Below, in pieces: positions 37,159-49,930 of a DNA stretch of 64,000 nt. Origin of the DNA: Phoronis australis (lineage: Eukaryota; Animalia; Phoronida); NCBI GenBank assembly GCA_002633005.1, contig NMRA01000906.1, positions 38,671-102,670 on the forward strand. The letters are read 5' to 3'. A model generated the notes under the pieces. That model searched no databases, was not told the DNA's origin, and saw only the letters and a list, made by a program, of their open reading frames with translations. The translations under genes were made by a program, and so were the position numbers. Position 1 is the stretch's first letter; the number at the start of each line of letters is the position of its first letter.

Positions 37159-39426
37159 ATGATGCAGGAAAAGAAGCAGGAAATTCTAAAAAGACTGGAG
37201 GATTTTCCAAGTTCATTTAAATTAGTTCATAAAAGAAATGATTTTCAGAGAATAAAGAAAGTGAAAAAAACAACATCTCAGGAACACGGTGAAAACACAA
37301 CACCTTTCCAGAGGAATGCAGATAAGAACTTGCTGTCATTTTTGGAATATCGAATCCCTGGCCCTGAAAGTAGAAAAAAAGCGCTCGAGCACAACAAGGA
37401 AGTGAGAGATTCAGAACCAAATAACGTCATTGCTTTGGCTAATTATGCTCGAATGCTCATAGAGGATGACGATTTGCCAGAGGCGGAGAAAACACTAAAG
37501 ACTCTGGACGCTTTAACTGAAAGCGAAAAATTGATGGAGAATGCCCGAGCAGAATTAGCATACTCGTATTCAAAGTTTGGTTCCAGAGAAGATTTAAAAG
37601 AAGCTATCAAGCTCTATGAAGATATAGTCTTTTACAACCCGGAAAGATGGGAATGGATGTATCGGTATGGTGTTGTAATCCAACGATGTCTAAATCCTGA
37701 AGCATTTGTCAATGCTGAAGATTTCGTTGCGTGCAAATTATTTACGAAGGGGCTAAATGCATTTGTGAAAGTTATCAAATTTTCCAAAGCCGACAACGCA
37801 ACAGTGGCATTAGCTTACACAAAGATTACTTCCATGTGCTTTAGCTACGATAGGCTACCTGAAGAATACAAGGACGTCAAATACAAAAAAGAGGTTGAAG
37901 AGTGTCGAAAGAAAACTCTTAAAGATCTGGACGTAAAAGAGCTGAGTTCCGACGAATGCATGCAAAAAGCCCTGCAACGCCTCGGCGACTGCCAAAACTT
38001 TGAGTTTTTTCAAGAATTTGGTCGATTTTGCCGAAGAAACAAAGATTTTGAAAATGCAAGAATCCAGTTGGAAAACTCCCGTCATATTCAACCAACAACA
38101 GCTAATTGTTTTCAGTTAGGTTTGTTAGAAGTTGACGAGTACAACCTCGAAAAAAATTATGTAACGCAGGGTAGGGCCCGAAACCCCAGCGGTGGTCAAA
38201 ATGGGTCTTATTTTATGAAGACTGTATTCAAGACAGCCTCCAGGAATATGAAATTAGAAGACGACGTAGAGAACGACCACTTGAACAAAGCACTAAAATA
38301 CTTTGAGGAGGCGAACAAGTTATGTGAATACACATCTGCGGCTGTGCTTCATAGCCAAGGGCTTGTATATCGTAAATTAAAACGTGCTGATAAAGCCATT
38401 GAATGCTTTCAGGAAGCTCGCAGGAGCGCTGGGTCTCAGACTATGAACGTAATACAAGCTTACGAACAGCAAGGTTACTGCTTTGAATGGCTTGCCAAAC
38501 AAGATAAAGAGAAGTGTGACATTTTAAATCAGAAAGCCATCACCATGCTGTTTTTTGCTCTAGAGGAAGCTACACATTTGAAACTGCCGTTTTCATATCG
38601 AGGTCAATCTGCTTTTTGGTTGCAAAGTCTTCTTAAGGATACCTTAAACAAAAACCCTAAAAGAGTTGACGCTCACAAGAATCTGGTAAAGTACCATGGA
38701 CTTCTTGGTGAGCATACACAGGCACTGCAGTATATGGAACGTGTTTTAAAGCTCGAACCGTCTGATTCCAGTGCGCACTTGGAAATGGCCGAGTTACTAT
38801 TAGACGGCGGGCAATGTCAAGAAGCTCTTAATCTTTTGACGATGATGATGGCGCCGAACTCTGAACACAGAAGTCGTGTTCTTGAGAAAAAAAATCTTTT
38901 AGTTGACGCAAGAAAGCAATTGGCAAAGGAAAATCTAAAGACAGGAGAAATCTATATAGCAAGCGAACATTTTCGAAGGGCCTATGGCATTGTCTTTGAA
39001 ACTGAAGACACAGATATGGATGAAGGAATTCAAATTTTCATCACAGGTCAAGAATCCGAAAACTGTTTTCTTTACTTTTCTGGAATTATTGAAAAATATT
39101 TTGGATTGTCCTGTTTGCGTTCTAACGACATTTCCCCAAGTAGCAGAAGCTTTTTGTTCGTTTTCTCCAATGCAGAAGAATTACGAGATGAGACTAAGCA
39201 CTTAGTCGAGTGCACTCTGACATATATACAGAAGAAACCGAGTAATATTTTGTGCAGCTTAACCGTGGCTCAATCCGCCGATCTGGTACAATCACTGAAA
39301 TCTGTTCAATTCAACTCCGTGCCTCCCTACAGTTCTTGGAAGGACGTCCCAAAAGATTCTGAAAAGTTTGGTGAACTGGTCATGAAGCTATTTGAAGGAT
39401 TAACCACTCCTGTGAACCAACATTAA
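37159..39426 (+). CDS. IFIT/TTC22-like tetratricopeptide-repeat protein with putative degenerate C-terminal TIR-like domain (755 aa)
   Basis: Intact 2.27-kb ORF; many TPR units (PNNVIALANYARML..LPEAEKTL; AELAYSYSKFG..AIKLYEDIVFYNP; VLHSQGLVYRKLKRADKAIECFQEA; ALQYMERVLKLEPSDSSAHLEMAELL); AATAAA at 39460. Confidence 0.88.
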   Translation: MMQEKKQEILKRLEDFPSSFKLVHKRNDFQRIKKVKKTTSQEHGENTTPFQRNADKNLLSFLEYRIPGPESRKKALEHNKEVRDSEPNNVIALANYARMLIEDDDLPEAEKTLKTLDALTESEKLMENARAELAYSYSKFGSREDLKEAIKLYEDIVFYNPERWEWMYRYGVVIQRCLNPEAFVNAEDFVACKLFTKGLNAFVKVIKFSKADNATVALAYTKITSMCFSYDRLPEEYKDVKYKKEVEECRKKTLKDLDVKELSSDECMQKALQRLGDCQNFEFFQEFGRFCRRNKDFENARIQLENSRHIQPTTANCFQLGLLEVDEYNLEKNYVTQGRARNPSGGQNGSYFMKTVFKTASRNMKLEDDVENDHLNKALKYFEEANKLCEYTSAAVLHSQGLVYRKLKRADKAIECFQEARRSAGSQTMNVIQAYEQQGYCFEWLAKQDKEKCDILNQKAITMLFFALEEATHLKLPFSYRGQSAFWLQSLLKDTLNKNPKRVDAHKNLVKYHGLLGEHTQALQYMERVLKLEPSDSSAHLEMAELLLDGGQCQEALNLLTMMMAPNSEHRSRVLEKKNLLVDARKQLAKENLKTGEIYIASEHFRRAYGIVFETEDTDMDEGIQIFITGQESENCFLYFSGIIEKYFGLSCLRSNDISPSSRSFLFVFSNAEELRDETKHLVECTLTYIQKKPSNILCSLTVAQSADLVQSLKSVQFNSVPPYSSWKDVPKDSEKFGELVMKLFEGLTTPVNQH

Positions 39427-40769
39427 ATGTGTTCTTGGATGCTTGTTGAGTGACTACCAAATAAAAATCTTAGAAGAGGTATTTATATCTCTCAGATTGG
39501 ACGGAGACTTGAAATTGAAGACAACATTTCAGTAAGTTCCAGTAGGCCTAATTTCGTCACGTGCAGTAGCTCAGCGCGGACATGAAAACATTGCTCAGTT
39601 GAAGAAGGAAGATGCATCAAGCGTTATTCACGGTTGTTCATTTAGCAGAACTTTCCAAATTGTTCCTTTTGAGGATTGATGAGACTAGCTGTCCATTATT
39701 TTTTTCAAGTTTAAGTGATGTACTGATAGTTATTTGTGAATATGCTATAACAGGATTTAATATTTCTATAGAGGAAATAAGCTGTAAATATTGTTGATTA
39801 GCAACTTGTTTTGTATGGGCATTTGAATTGATTTTAAATATCTCAAAAATAGCATACAAAAAGCACACGGCCAAACAACAATGTTAAGGTTTATAGAGTT
39901 GAGAAACGGGATTTTTATAAGCTATGTTACAGTATTCAAATGTTGGTTCTTATAATTATTTCTAGTATACAGTGTAAATTCTGTCCGTGGAATTGGTTAT
40001 TCGTATTACTAGCTTAGTAGCTTGTGTTCATAGAATTGCATTTCGTAGAATATTTGATCATCGGTTTTGTATGCAATGTGTACGTCGAGGTCGTCGTCAT
40101 CATCGACTTCACCTTAGTCGAACCTGATTAGAGCTTGAGACGAATCATATTTGATGGACGTCCCTCACTTATTCGCATATCTGTGCTTATGCATGTATGA
40201 AATATATAAATTATATATATGCTTACTGCGCTGCAAAAATGAACTATTGAAAATGTAGGCAATTCTCTCTAAATTTTAAGACTTATTCGGCCTTCTTCTC
40301 TGGATGCCCAAAACTTGCTTATGAAATATTTCCCTCTCATATGGGAAACACAAAAAAGTGTCTGCTGGTTTACTCCAATTGACCCCAAAACTTTCACTGC
40401 AATGCACTGCCGGACTGGCCATAATATTTGTGCACTACACTGCGGACACCATCTTTAAAACGTGGAGAAATGGGTCCACTTAATTTGATAATACACTCAC
40501 ACTGATTTGGATGGAAATAAAAAGAACAGCAACACTAAAACATTTAGTGTGTATGCATAGACAAATTGTTAACGAGGTGCATGGCCCTGGGGTTTGTCCA
40601 CACATGCTTGTTATCCATATGTGACCTCGGCCAGGCGGAAGTAATCGTCAAATTAACGTTTGCCTTGTGTCCTCACGTTGTCCTCACGAGAAGTCGCTAC
40701 ATTCATAAGCAAAAATTAATTAATGATTGGGGCGAAGTGAGCCTCACTGAATGCTAAAAATACACCGCA

Positions 40770-40892
40770 CACTTGATTGACTTCACCGGTTCCTTCTAGG
40801 AAATCCGATTGGTTCTCTAGGACAACTTCTTGCTTTTAACCAAATGTCTTCGGTAGATATGACTCAGAGGAACCGGCGAAGTCAATCAAGTG
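40770..40892. mobile_element. Small foldback MITE (~123 bp)
   Basis: CACTTGATTGACTTCACCGGTTCCT and AGGAACCGGCGAAGTCAATCAAGTG form a 25-bp inverted repeat with one mismatch. Confidence 0.65.
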
Positions 40893-43841
40893 GAGCCAAT
40901 TGTGATATGATACGAAATGTGGTATGCACGAACCGTTCGACACTCCTGTTGTCGTCTGGCCAGAGAGACGTCCTCTTCCTGTGGTGACATCCGAATGAAA
41001 GTCACTAAATTACCTGAACTCGTTACCTTATAAACGGTTGCCCATGATTATCGTCTTTCTCAGTTTTGGCAACTTCAAAGATGGAGAATAACATTTCCAT
41101 AAGAGAGACAACAGTTTTGACAACTATTGAACTCACAACTTCGACAACTGGTTCCTTGAATAGTCGTCAGTGATGACAAAAGTGTAACGGTCGCCCATTT
41201 TCCCAACGGCAACACTGACCTCCCACGGCCCTTTTGGCAGAGGAGACATTTTCTACGGTTCACGAGTCTTCACGTCATTGACACTAATAGCACGAGTTTG
41301 CGATCGACGCATGACACCATGGAGAAAGAGTGGGGTAGGGGTTTGGGGGGACCGTCGCTGTGAAAATTTGATAGGCTGGTATCACGTATTGTAATTTGAA
41401 GACAGTTATCGGTTTTATAGCTGGAAAAGGTATTTCCAGGATTATTGTTGGAAGGGATAGACTTTTTGAAGTTATTGGCTTCTACCAAACAACAACTAAG
41501 ATCTGCTGTTTTTGTGCTCCTATTACACGTTGACAATTCGCGCTGTTGTGTGCCAGACATTCCCGGAATCAAGGTCGGTGTTTTTACCATTTAAATACTC
41601 TAAAAATCATACCTGCTACTTAAAGCGTGAGATTTGTTTCATCAGCCACAGAGCGTTCAGTTTCTATGCTACACCTAATTTCTGTAAAACTTTCCTCGCC
41701 CAGAATGTCTCCCTAACTTTTTTACATGTGTCATTTTTGTATATATGTAAGGCACTATCGAAACTTAAGATTGTTTGTTCATCTTGAATATTCATATAAT
41801 TTTTGGTCATGTGGACTACGAACATATTTTTCTTTGTTATAAACTTGCCACACAGTCAATCTATCAACCTCGGTTTGGGAAAATTTCTAAAACTAAAATG
41901 TCGGTGAACGCTTTCGGAAAATATTCAGTATCGTTTTGAAAAAGGTCTTGGTTGTATCACTTCAATTTTTAACAGACCTTAACCAACTTCATGAAGTTAA
42001 TCGTTGGGATATATTTGCAGTTGCTTGTGACTGAGTTTGTTCTACCATATTGTAACTCTTACATGGACATTATCGGTTTTACTGCGGAAAACGCATATTG
42101 CTCAATAAATAGAATTCCTGAATTTACATGGTTTGACTAGAATTATAATCCAATATTATCCGTTGCGTTTTTGTGGTTTTATTGCAAATCCCAATTTTCG
42201 ATGTTTTCAAGTTTTCCACCAGACATTCGCTGATATCGAGGTTGGTGACTCTTCCAGTTAGAAAACACTTGAAATACTGGTATTCATAGAGTATGGGTTA
42301 TCTTTGCCAGCACGGCGTTAAACTGCGGCAGCAGGTGATACATGATCGATTCCGTACTGCAGCGGATCTAAAAAGACTTCTCATCGATAATGTCACGTTA
42401 AGAGACAGTCAATATAAAAACCAATACAGTTTTAAAATCCGGCTTTACCTCAAAATTCAAAATAACTTCATTTCTTGTATATGGATAGGTATTCTAACAA
42501 AAATCTAAATGCCAAATCTTGTGCACTCAATGACCCATGATTTCGCCGCTGGAGCACTTGACTGCAAATTGTCATATTAGATGTCTCCAAAATTGTATGT
42601 TTTCACCAACAAAAATAAGTAACTGACAAAATAGATTGAAAGTTGCATTTTGTTTTCTGGAATAACCAATGTATACTGTAAATAATTCTTTGCCATTTAC
42701 TCAAAGTTGACGGCTTTGTTCTATGCAGGAGAGATAATCCACATACCACTTTTCTTAGCTAATTTTAGTGGCCGCTTTTTGTGACCCTCTTCCTGACATA
42801 ATGCACCTTATAGTTTTTCGTAACTTTCTTGCACATACACCTAATCTTGATGAGTGACAAAAAATATCTGGCCTTAACTTTACATTTACTGCTAAACTGT
42901 CAATTTTGGAATTGATGAGCAGAGTTTAGAGACAAACTGAACGAAATTTTTAACAAGAAATATGTTATAAAAATAAAATCTATGGCCTTTCAAGTGAAAA
43001 CAAGTAGTTTTCTAAATGTATTACGCGATTAGCATCAAACCTGAACTCCATGACCTTTCTCCGGTGAGTCAACTGGTTTGAGGATACCTAAAAAATTGTG
43101 CATGTAACCCTCTTGTTTTCTTCCATTATCATTTATTTGACAATTTCAGGTAAATTAAATAGAAATAAATCGATTTGGAGTTTGAATTTACTCGAATTGT
43201 TATTTGTAAAGACTGGTTTTCAGGCTCACCATCATGATCTTTAAAAAGGCAAAATGAAGAACGAAGGTCAATTCTGTTCGTTTACGGAATTTCATGAAAC
43301 AAGTTTGATAAAGTTGGTAAATTTTAAATTTTACAAAAAGACCAAAAAGTTGAGTTGCGTTGATCTTGACAAAGGGCCACGTCCCAAAGGAACGTTGGTT
43401 TTAAATGTGTTTCATACGTGTTTTCATTACTTTATTTTAATACTCCTGTCTACTTGCTTTTTTCTTACCGGTTAGGGTTGCTATCTTTTTACTTTGTGTT
43501 TAACCGAAGCACCAAAACAACTTAGAAGTCAGTTAATTGTGAACCCATTCCTAAATTTTCCATTTTAGAGGTACACCAAACATGTCACAGCAAACAAAGC
43601 TACACGTGCCATTAGTTCAATTTTATTTTTTATTAGACCTAAAATCATAAAATATATACAAATGTGCAAACATGGTGATAGCCAAACTGAAGATTTGGAA
43701 CCTCTAGACAATTCTGGTTGCAGTAACTACATTACAATTCTAACTTTTCCTTAGTCATAAAAAATGAAATCACAGCTCTTGCACACTGACCAACCTCGTC
43801 CAATGCTGGCACTCTCTCGTTGATTACAAAGCCAGCCATCT

Positions 43842-44457
43842 TATCGAAATTGACGCATTTCCGCGAATAGCAGTTTTCTAGTTAGTGTACTTCCCCGGGA
43901 GTAAAGTAGTTCGGAATGCACTGGGCCATAAGCGATGTTTTAAAAATTATTGACATCTAATTTAGTCGCTGTGTGTTGTTCATAGACGTTTCAATGTACG
44001 TAGCTTAGTTTTATGTTGAAGGAATAATCCAAGTGATATTATTAACTCTGATCAGCGTTTGTAAATCACCGAGTATATCACTACGCACAGTCGTATATGT
44101 TTGTAGTTTTTAGCTTAATAGTTCATCGATTTTTAAAAATCGAAAATCAAACTTGGTTGTTTTTTCCATCTGAATACAGCTGTGGTATTTGTTTCTTACG
44201 AAAACTGTTGGTTAATACATTTCTAAAATTCGCCAGTATGTACAGGCAGAGGTGTTGACTACGGGTTATTATCGGGTAATTACACTTAATTGGGTCTTGC
44301 TCGCACCGGACAATGCGGTCATCGCAACCGAGTCCGACTCTGGCGCTGCGCTCTCTTTAATCCCGGTAAAAGCCGCTCTGAAGGACGAGCGGTAAAATGT
44401 CACGCATTTCTTTACAAATGCGTGACTTTTGTGTAAGCGTATTATTCACGCCATGCC
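43842..44457. repeat. Inverted copy of the 23592-24189 repeat
   Basis: Reverse-complement match along the full length. Confidence 0.85.
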
Positions 44458-46410
44458 ACTGGACTGGGCCACGTCTGGCGCCTTAGGGTATCGAACGTAG
44501 GGCAGCTGTATTAACCTAATGTCTGTCATGAACTGAGTCATCAATAAATTGTCTTTCATTATTTTTTCTCTTGCCTTTTCGTACCGTTAATGATCGCACT
44601 GTCACAAATATTCAACGTAGGGGTGGCCGGCTACTGGTCTGGAGACTAACCTGCGGAGACATTACATTATGAACGCGAAATTACAATGAGTTTTGGTCGA
44701 GTTGACTTTTTTGCACTGAGCTGAGGACTAAACCCTCCTTAGATGCCTCCCTTCCCATGCTAGTGGCTCTCACAACGATGATAAAAACACGGAGCAAGGC
44801 AGATTCGGCTGGTAGTCGCGTCCGCAGTTTCCATGTAAACAAACAGGGACGCCATCTGTCATTTAGACGACGCATGCATGCCAGTCATAATTTATATTCA
44901 TAGTTTTCATAATAAGGAATAATCATCAGTGTGGTTTTGAGAGAATGGAAATTAGTAGTGCTGTCTGTTTTTTCTCTAAAATACAAGCTTTTTACGTCGT
45001 TTCTAGCAAGGTATCTATACGTTTAAAGAGGCCCTCTATTGGTGGTTGAGACAACAGAGAGCAGGGAAATAGGACGAAGTGCAGTTCGTGTAATGCTTTG
45101 TAAGCAAAAACTACAGGAGAGGCAAGATTATTTATTTTAGATTATGAAGAGGTTTTAGGAGTTAGTAAACGAATTATTATAAGGTCTGTTTTTGAAAGGG
45201 TGCAATATGGCTGCTGCAGAGTACCAAATTTGGCCGGAAATTACCTCAGCCAAAATTTGAATTTGAAAACAGCCGTTTATGCCACACAAAATTAAAGCAT
45301 ACAAATTTGAAAATGAATTTTGAAAGATATTCAAATTAAAGTATTCAATCACAGTCCTTTAAAACAATATCACTCATTTGTTATAAGCTAGTTAAGCATT
45401 CTAGTAAAATGCATTCAGGCATGTCTACTTCGGCGCCCAATTTTGTTGCAAAATAGAGAAATAATAGATGAAAATTCTTAAAAAGCGAAAATTTTCGACA
45501 ACTCGCCAAACTAAACTCATGTAATAAGTCTCAAAAAAATGTGTGATTTTGGATTTCTACCTGTTGGTTTTTAAACGGAGTCACTCTTAACAGTTATTCG
45601 GAAATCGGTAAAAACAACACTGTACTGTAGGCTAGTAATATTTTATTCAAACACGGATGTTCATTACTTCATTTCATATTTTGATACAAATACATGTACA
45701 GCAACAAAATTCACGTGTCAACTGTATTAAAAAGATAAATTGTTGACATTCAGACCCTTCTCCAGTGTTAAGTGACTGATTCCTTACGATACATTTTGAA
45801 ATTAATTGATACCATCCCAAACAGCGGCTTTTCGTTAATATTGCGTGACCGTAGAATTATGCAATGGACCTACGGTGAAAGTGCATTGTCGGGCAAGTTA
45901 ACAAAAGCGAGGAGTCTAGAAGTATAGGAGAGTTCACTACGCCATCTTGCCATTCGCTGCAATGTTTATCGGTCGAAAAACTAACTTCCCACGCAGTGAA
46001 TAAGCAACACTAATTTAGCGGCGCAGTCCGAACAATGTAAACACTGATAAATTCACAGTTTAATGACGTTCGACATGCAATAAAATTACTGTGTGATTGA
46101 ATGGGTGTTGACCCCTGCCAGGGGGTACATGGGAGGAGTGTTAAAAAGCGAAAACTAATGGGGTATGCTACATGAGCGTTAGTCCCTTCCATCGTCACGT
46201 ATTTCGGTTGCGCTTCTGAGCACTGACAATATGTGGTGAGATGGTAATAAGATTTGGCCCTCGTTTTGTGCATGACCCCCCACGACATTTTGTAATGACC
46301 GGTAGCCAGGCCCATGTGGTTATTTCAGTGCCATCCTAAGTATTTTCCAACTTGTCATTACATGTTGCTCCCAGCTCACTGCTGGTTTCATCTCCACCCA
46401 ACAATTTCGC

Positions 46411-46412
<2 letters not shown>

Positions 46413-46450
<38 letters not shown>

Positions 46451-46468
46451 GAGAGAGAGAGAGAGAGA
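46413..46468. repeat. (GA)n microsatellite at the LINE 3' end
   Basis: About 28 GA units with one interruption. Confidence 0.95.
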
Positions 46469-46469
46469 A

Positions 46470-49400
46470 CGCTTTTATTACATTACATTATAATAATACA
46501 TTGATTAAAATTTGATTTCAATTAGGAGGCCTTCTAAAGGTTATTGACCGCTAATAAGAAGGTCCCTTATACACAATAAAAGAATGGAAATGCAAAAATC
46601 AGTAGGAATACTTAAGAAAACAGTGAATTAGTGCTGGAAACGACCGACACGCCAGGAACCAAGAAGCAAACTGGCACAGCTCAGGAGATTTTGAGAATAC
46701 AATTAGATACTGCTACATATGAAACAATTGGAAATATGACAAACTGGATCGTAGTTGCTAATAATAAAATTGGTTAAGAACCTGGAGAATGCTTGCAAAG
46801 AATGCGTTTTTATTATATTTAGAGCAGAGACTGGTATTTCGTTGTTGTTTATAAGTCGAGGAATCTGAAATCTAATACAGGCTCTTGATGACAATTTGTT
46901 GGACGGAGGAATTAAAATTTTGGGTTGTATAGTCTGCATAGCAGCTGAGTATTGATTCAGGTATGTAGGAGTTTTAATGTGTCTGGTTGGCTTATATTGG
47001 ATGGGTTTACTGAAGAAGTTGTTAGTGTAAAAATACTTAGGAAGCTGATTATTGAGGAATTTGTAGTAAAATTTTGTAGTTGAGATTTTATAGATGTCTT
47101 GAACTAGAGGGAGGCGAAGTTCCTTACATATGGGCAAAGAGTGAGCATTATAACTGGAATTTGATATATTCCTAAGGATTCTTTTCTGGGCTGTCTGAAG
47201 TTTCTTAGTGTTGCCAAAATCCCAAGTTGCAATGCCATAGTTTAAATGTGGAAGGACAAGTGAATTATATATCAACTTGAGAGCTGAAAGAGGAAGATAA
47301 GATTTCAATTCGTATAAGAGTCCACCGAGATTGTTAAGTTTGTTTGAGATGAGGTTAATGTGGGGAGACCATGAGAGGTTTTTGTCAACAGTAATACCAA
47401 TGAAAGGAAAACTGTTCACATGACATATTGTTTTGCTATTTCTATAAATGGTGGGAATAATACATTTTTCAATTTTCTTTTGGGTGTAGTGGAAGATCAT
47501 TAATTTACTTTTTGATGTGTTAGTTGAAAGTTTGTTCACAGAAAACCAGTCTGAAATAGATTTAAGGTTGTTGTTGATGGTGGTTGGTTGCTGTAAAGTG
47601 TGTTGGGAAGATTCAGTCAGTTTGTAAGGTGTGACGAGGCAAGTGTCGACAGCATAAAGAAGTGTGTCCATGGGAGAAGAAAACGAAAGATCATTTATGT
47701 AAACTAGGAAGAGAAGTGGGCCAAGGACAGAGCCTTGGGGAACTCCGGTAGATATTGGTAACCAACTGGAAGTTGTATCACTTAGTGAAACATATTGGGT
47801 GCGGTTTGAGAGATAACTTTTAAACAGTGTATATTCAACTCCAGTAATACCATAGTGATTTATCTTTTGCAAGAGTATTTGGTGGTCTATTGTGTCGAAA
47901 GCTTTCGAGAGATCTAGAAAGATGACCGGGGGATTCATGTCATTATCAAGATGGGAACAAATGCGGTCTAAAAGTTCAAGCGAAGCAAGTTCTGTAGAGT
48001 GACATTTCCTGAAACCATATTGATGTTTATTAAGTATATCATTTTCATTTAGGAAAGTTGAAAGTTGATTATGGATAATTTTTTCTATAATTTTTGAGAT
48101 TGTTGGAAGAATAGAAATGGGTCTATAATTGCCCGGGTGCTCTGGGTCCAAACCATGTTGTTTAAAAACTGGGATCACCTTAGCAATCTTTAGAGCATCT
48201 GGAAATATACCAGTGTGCAAGCACTGGTTGATGATGGTCGTGAGAGGTTCAATTATAAAAGGACTGCTTATTTTGATAATTTTAGATGATAAATTGTCAT
48301 GACCAGTGCTATTTTTTGCGTCCATGTCTCTTATAATATCTAGTACATGTTTATTATTAATTGGTTTGAAAGAGAACTTAAATTTGTTTGGCGTGGGAAG
48401 ATAGTCTTTGAAATTCTTGTTTTTTATCATAGTTATTGATTCAGAAAGGGATGGGCCGATTTGGGTAAAGTAGGTGTTGAATAAACTTGCCATTTCGGGT
48501 AGGTCACTGGTTTTAGTGTTATCTGAACGTAAGAGACATTCTGGGGTGTCATTTTTTGTTCGAACGCCGTTGTTCATAACTGTCTTTATTGTATCCCATG
48601 TTTTATTTATGTCAGACTTCCCTTTTTCGAATGTGTCATAATAGTAAGATTGCTTGGCGGAATCAATAGTTTTTTTGAGAATCTTGTTGTATACTTTAAG
48701 ATTGTTGTGGCATGTAGCGTAGGATTGTGTGTTGCGAGGGGTTGTCTTGGTTTGTTTGTACAGTTTATCTCGGTAACGAATGGAAATTAAAATACCAGGT
48801 GTAATCCACGAGTTAAGCGCGTGTTTGTGTTTATTATATCTAACATTTTTGGACCAAAGTGTTTTTTCGTGAGATATGTCAAAGTATCACTGAATATTGC
48901 GTAGTTGTGATTGGGGTCACAATCTAGGCTGCGGTCTAGCTTTTCCATGATATTGCAGTTCCGTAAGCTATTGAGAAAGTGAGTTTTTGTTTGCGGTGTG
49001 TAAGAATATTTTGAGACGAAAGTAGGGCGTTTAGGGTGGATTTTCTTTATCGATTTTGAAGCAATGAAGATAGGACAGTGGTCTGAGATCGAAGAGAGAA
49101 GAATACCAGAGTGTGTATGTATGTGACCGTATGATGTTGATGTAAAGAAGTTATCTATTAAAGTTGCTGATGTGGGGCTAAGACGTGTAGGGTATGTAAT
49201 TGAAGGTCTTAAATTGTGATTTGTCATAAAATCCAGGAATGTTTGAACTTTATTATTTGTTTGTGTCTCTAGAAGATTTAAGTTATAATCTCCACCTAAA
49301 ATCAGTGTTTTACGCTGATTTTGAAGGTTTTCGATGATGGGACAGAACTCTTCAATAAACACGCCAAAGGTTCTAACGAGTGAAGTCGGCGGTCTGTAAA

Positions 49401-49930
49401 AGTTACCGACGCAGATGCTTTTGTTGTTAATAGAGATAAAAGTGAGTAGGCCTTCGAACGTAGAATAAGTATCAAGAACTTGATTTTTTTGACAGGAAGA
49501 TTTTCATTTACGTAAGTGATAAGGCCACCGTGTGTTGAACATAAGCCAGATGCAGGTTTGGAGTACATGTTGTAGCCGTCAATTTGAAAGACTGAAAGGC
49601 AGCTGGTCGTGGTTAACTACTTGTATTAAGATAATGTCGAAAAATAATTCTTTAGAGTGAATGTTGTGCAGGAATGATTCAAATTGAGTGAATTTTGAGT
49701 TAAGTGAATGAATGTTTATACTTAACACGGTTAGACTTGATTTATTTAGGTCAAGAAAGTTTTTAACTCCTTCTGTATCAAAAAATGGGATTTGGAAATT
49801 GGAGCCTCGGTGCAACATTCAAGAGACTTTATGTATCAGAGACAGAAATCTAGTGTACTCTCACCTCCATAACTAGATAATAGAGGAGCAGGATCAAGAG
49901 CTGCGCCAGCAGAAAACTGGCTTACGTTGG
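46470..49930 (-). mobile_element. Crack/L2 (CR1-group) LINE, APE-RT ORF2 with frameshifts
   Basis: APE motifs ILGGDYN, PTRLSPTSATLIDNFF, ISDHCPIF (48787-49362). RT motifs NYRPISILP, QYGFRK, FLDLSKAFDTIDH, GVPQGSVLGPLLFLVYINDL, YAVDT (46703-48577). C-terminal CHISNCFIC; 3' AATGT/AATAAA tail. Confidence 0.93.
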
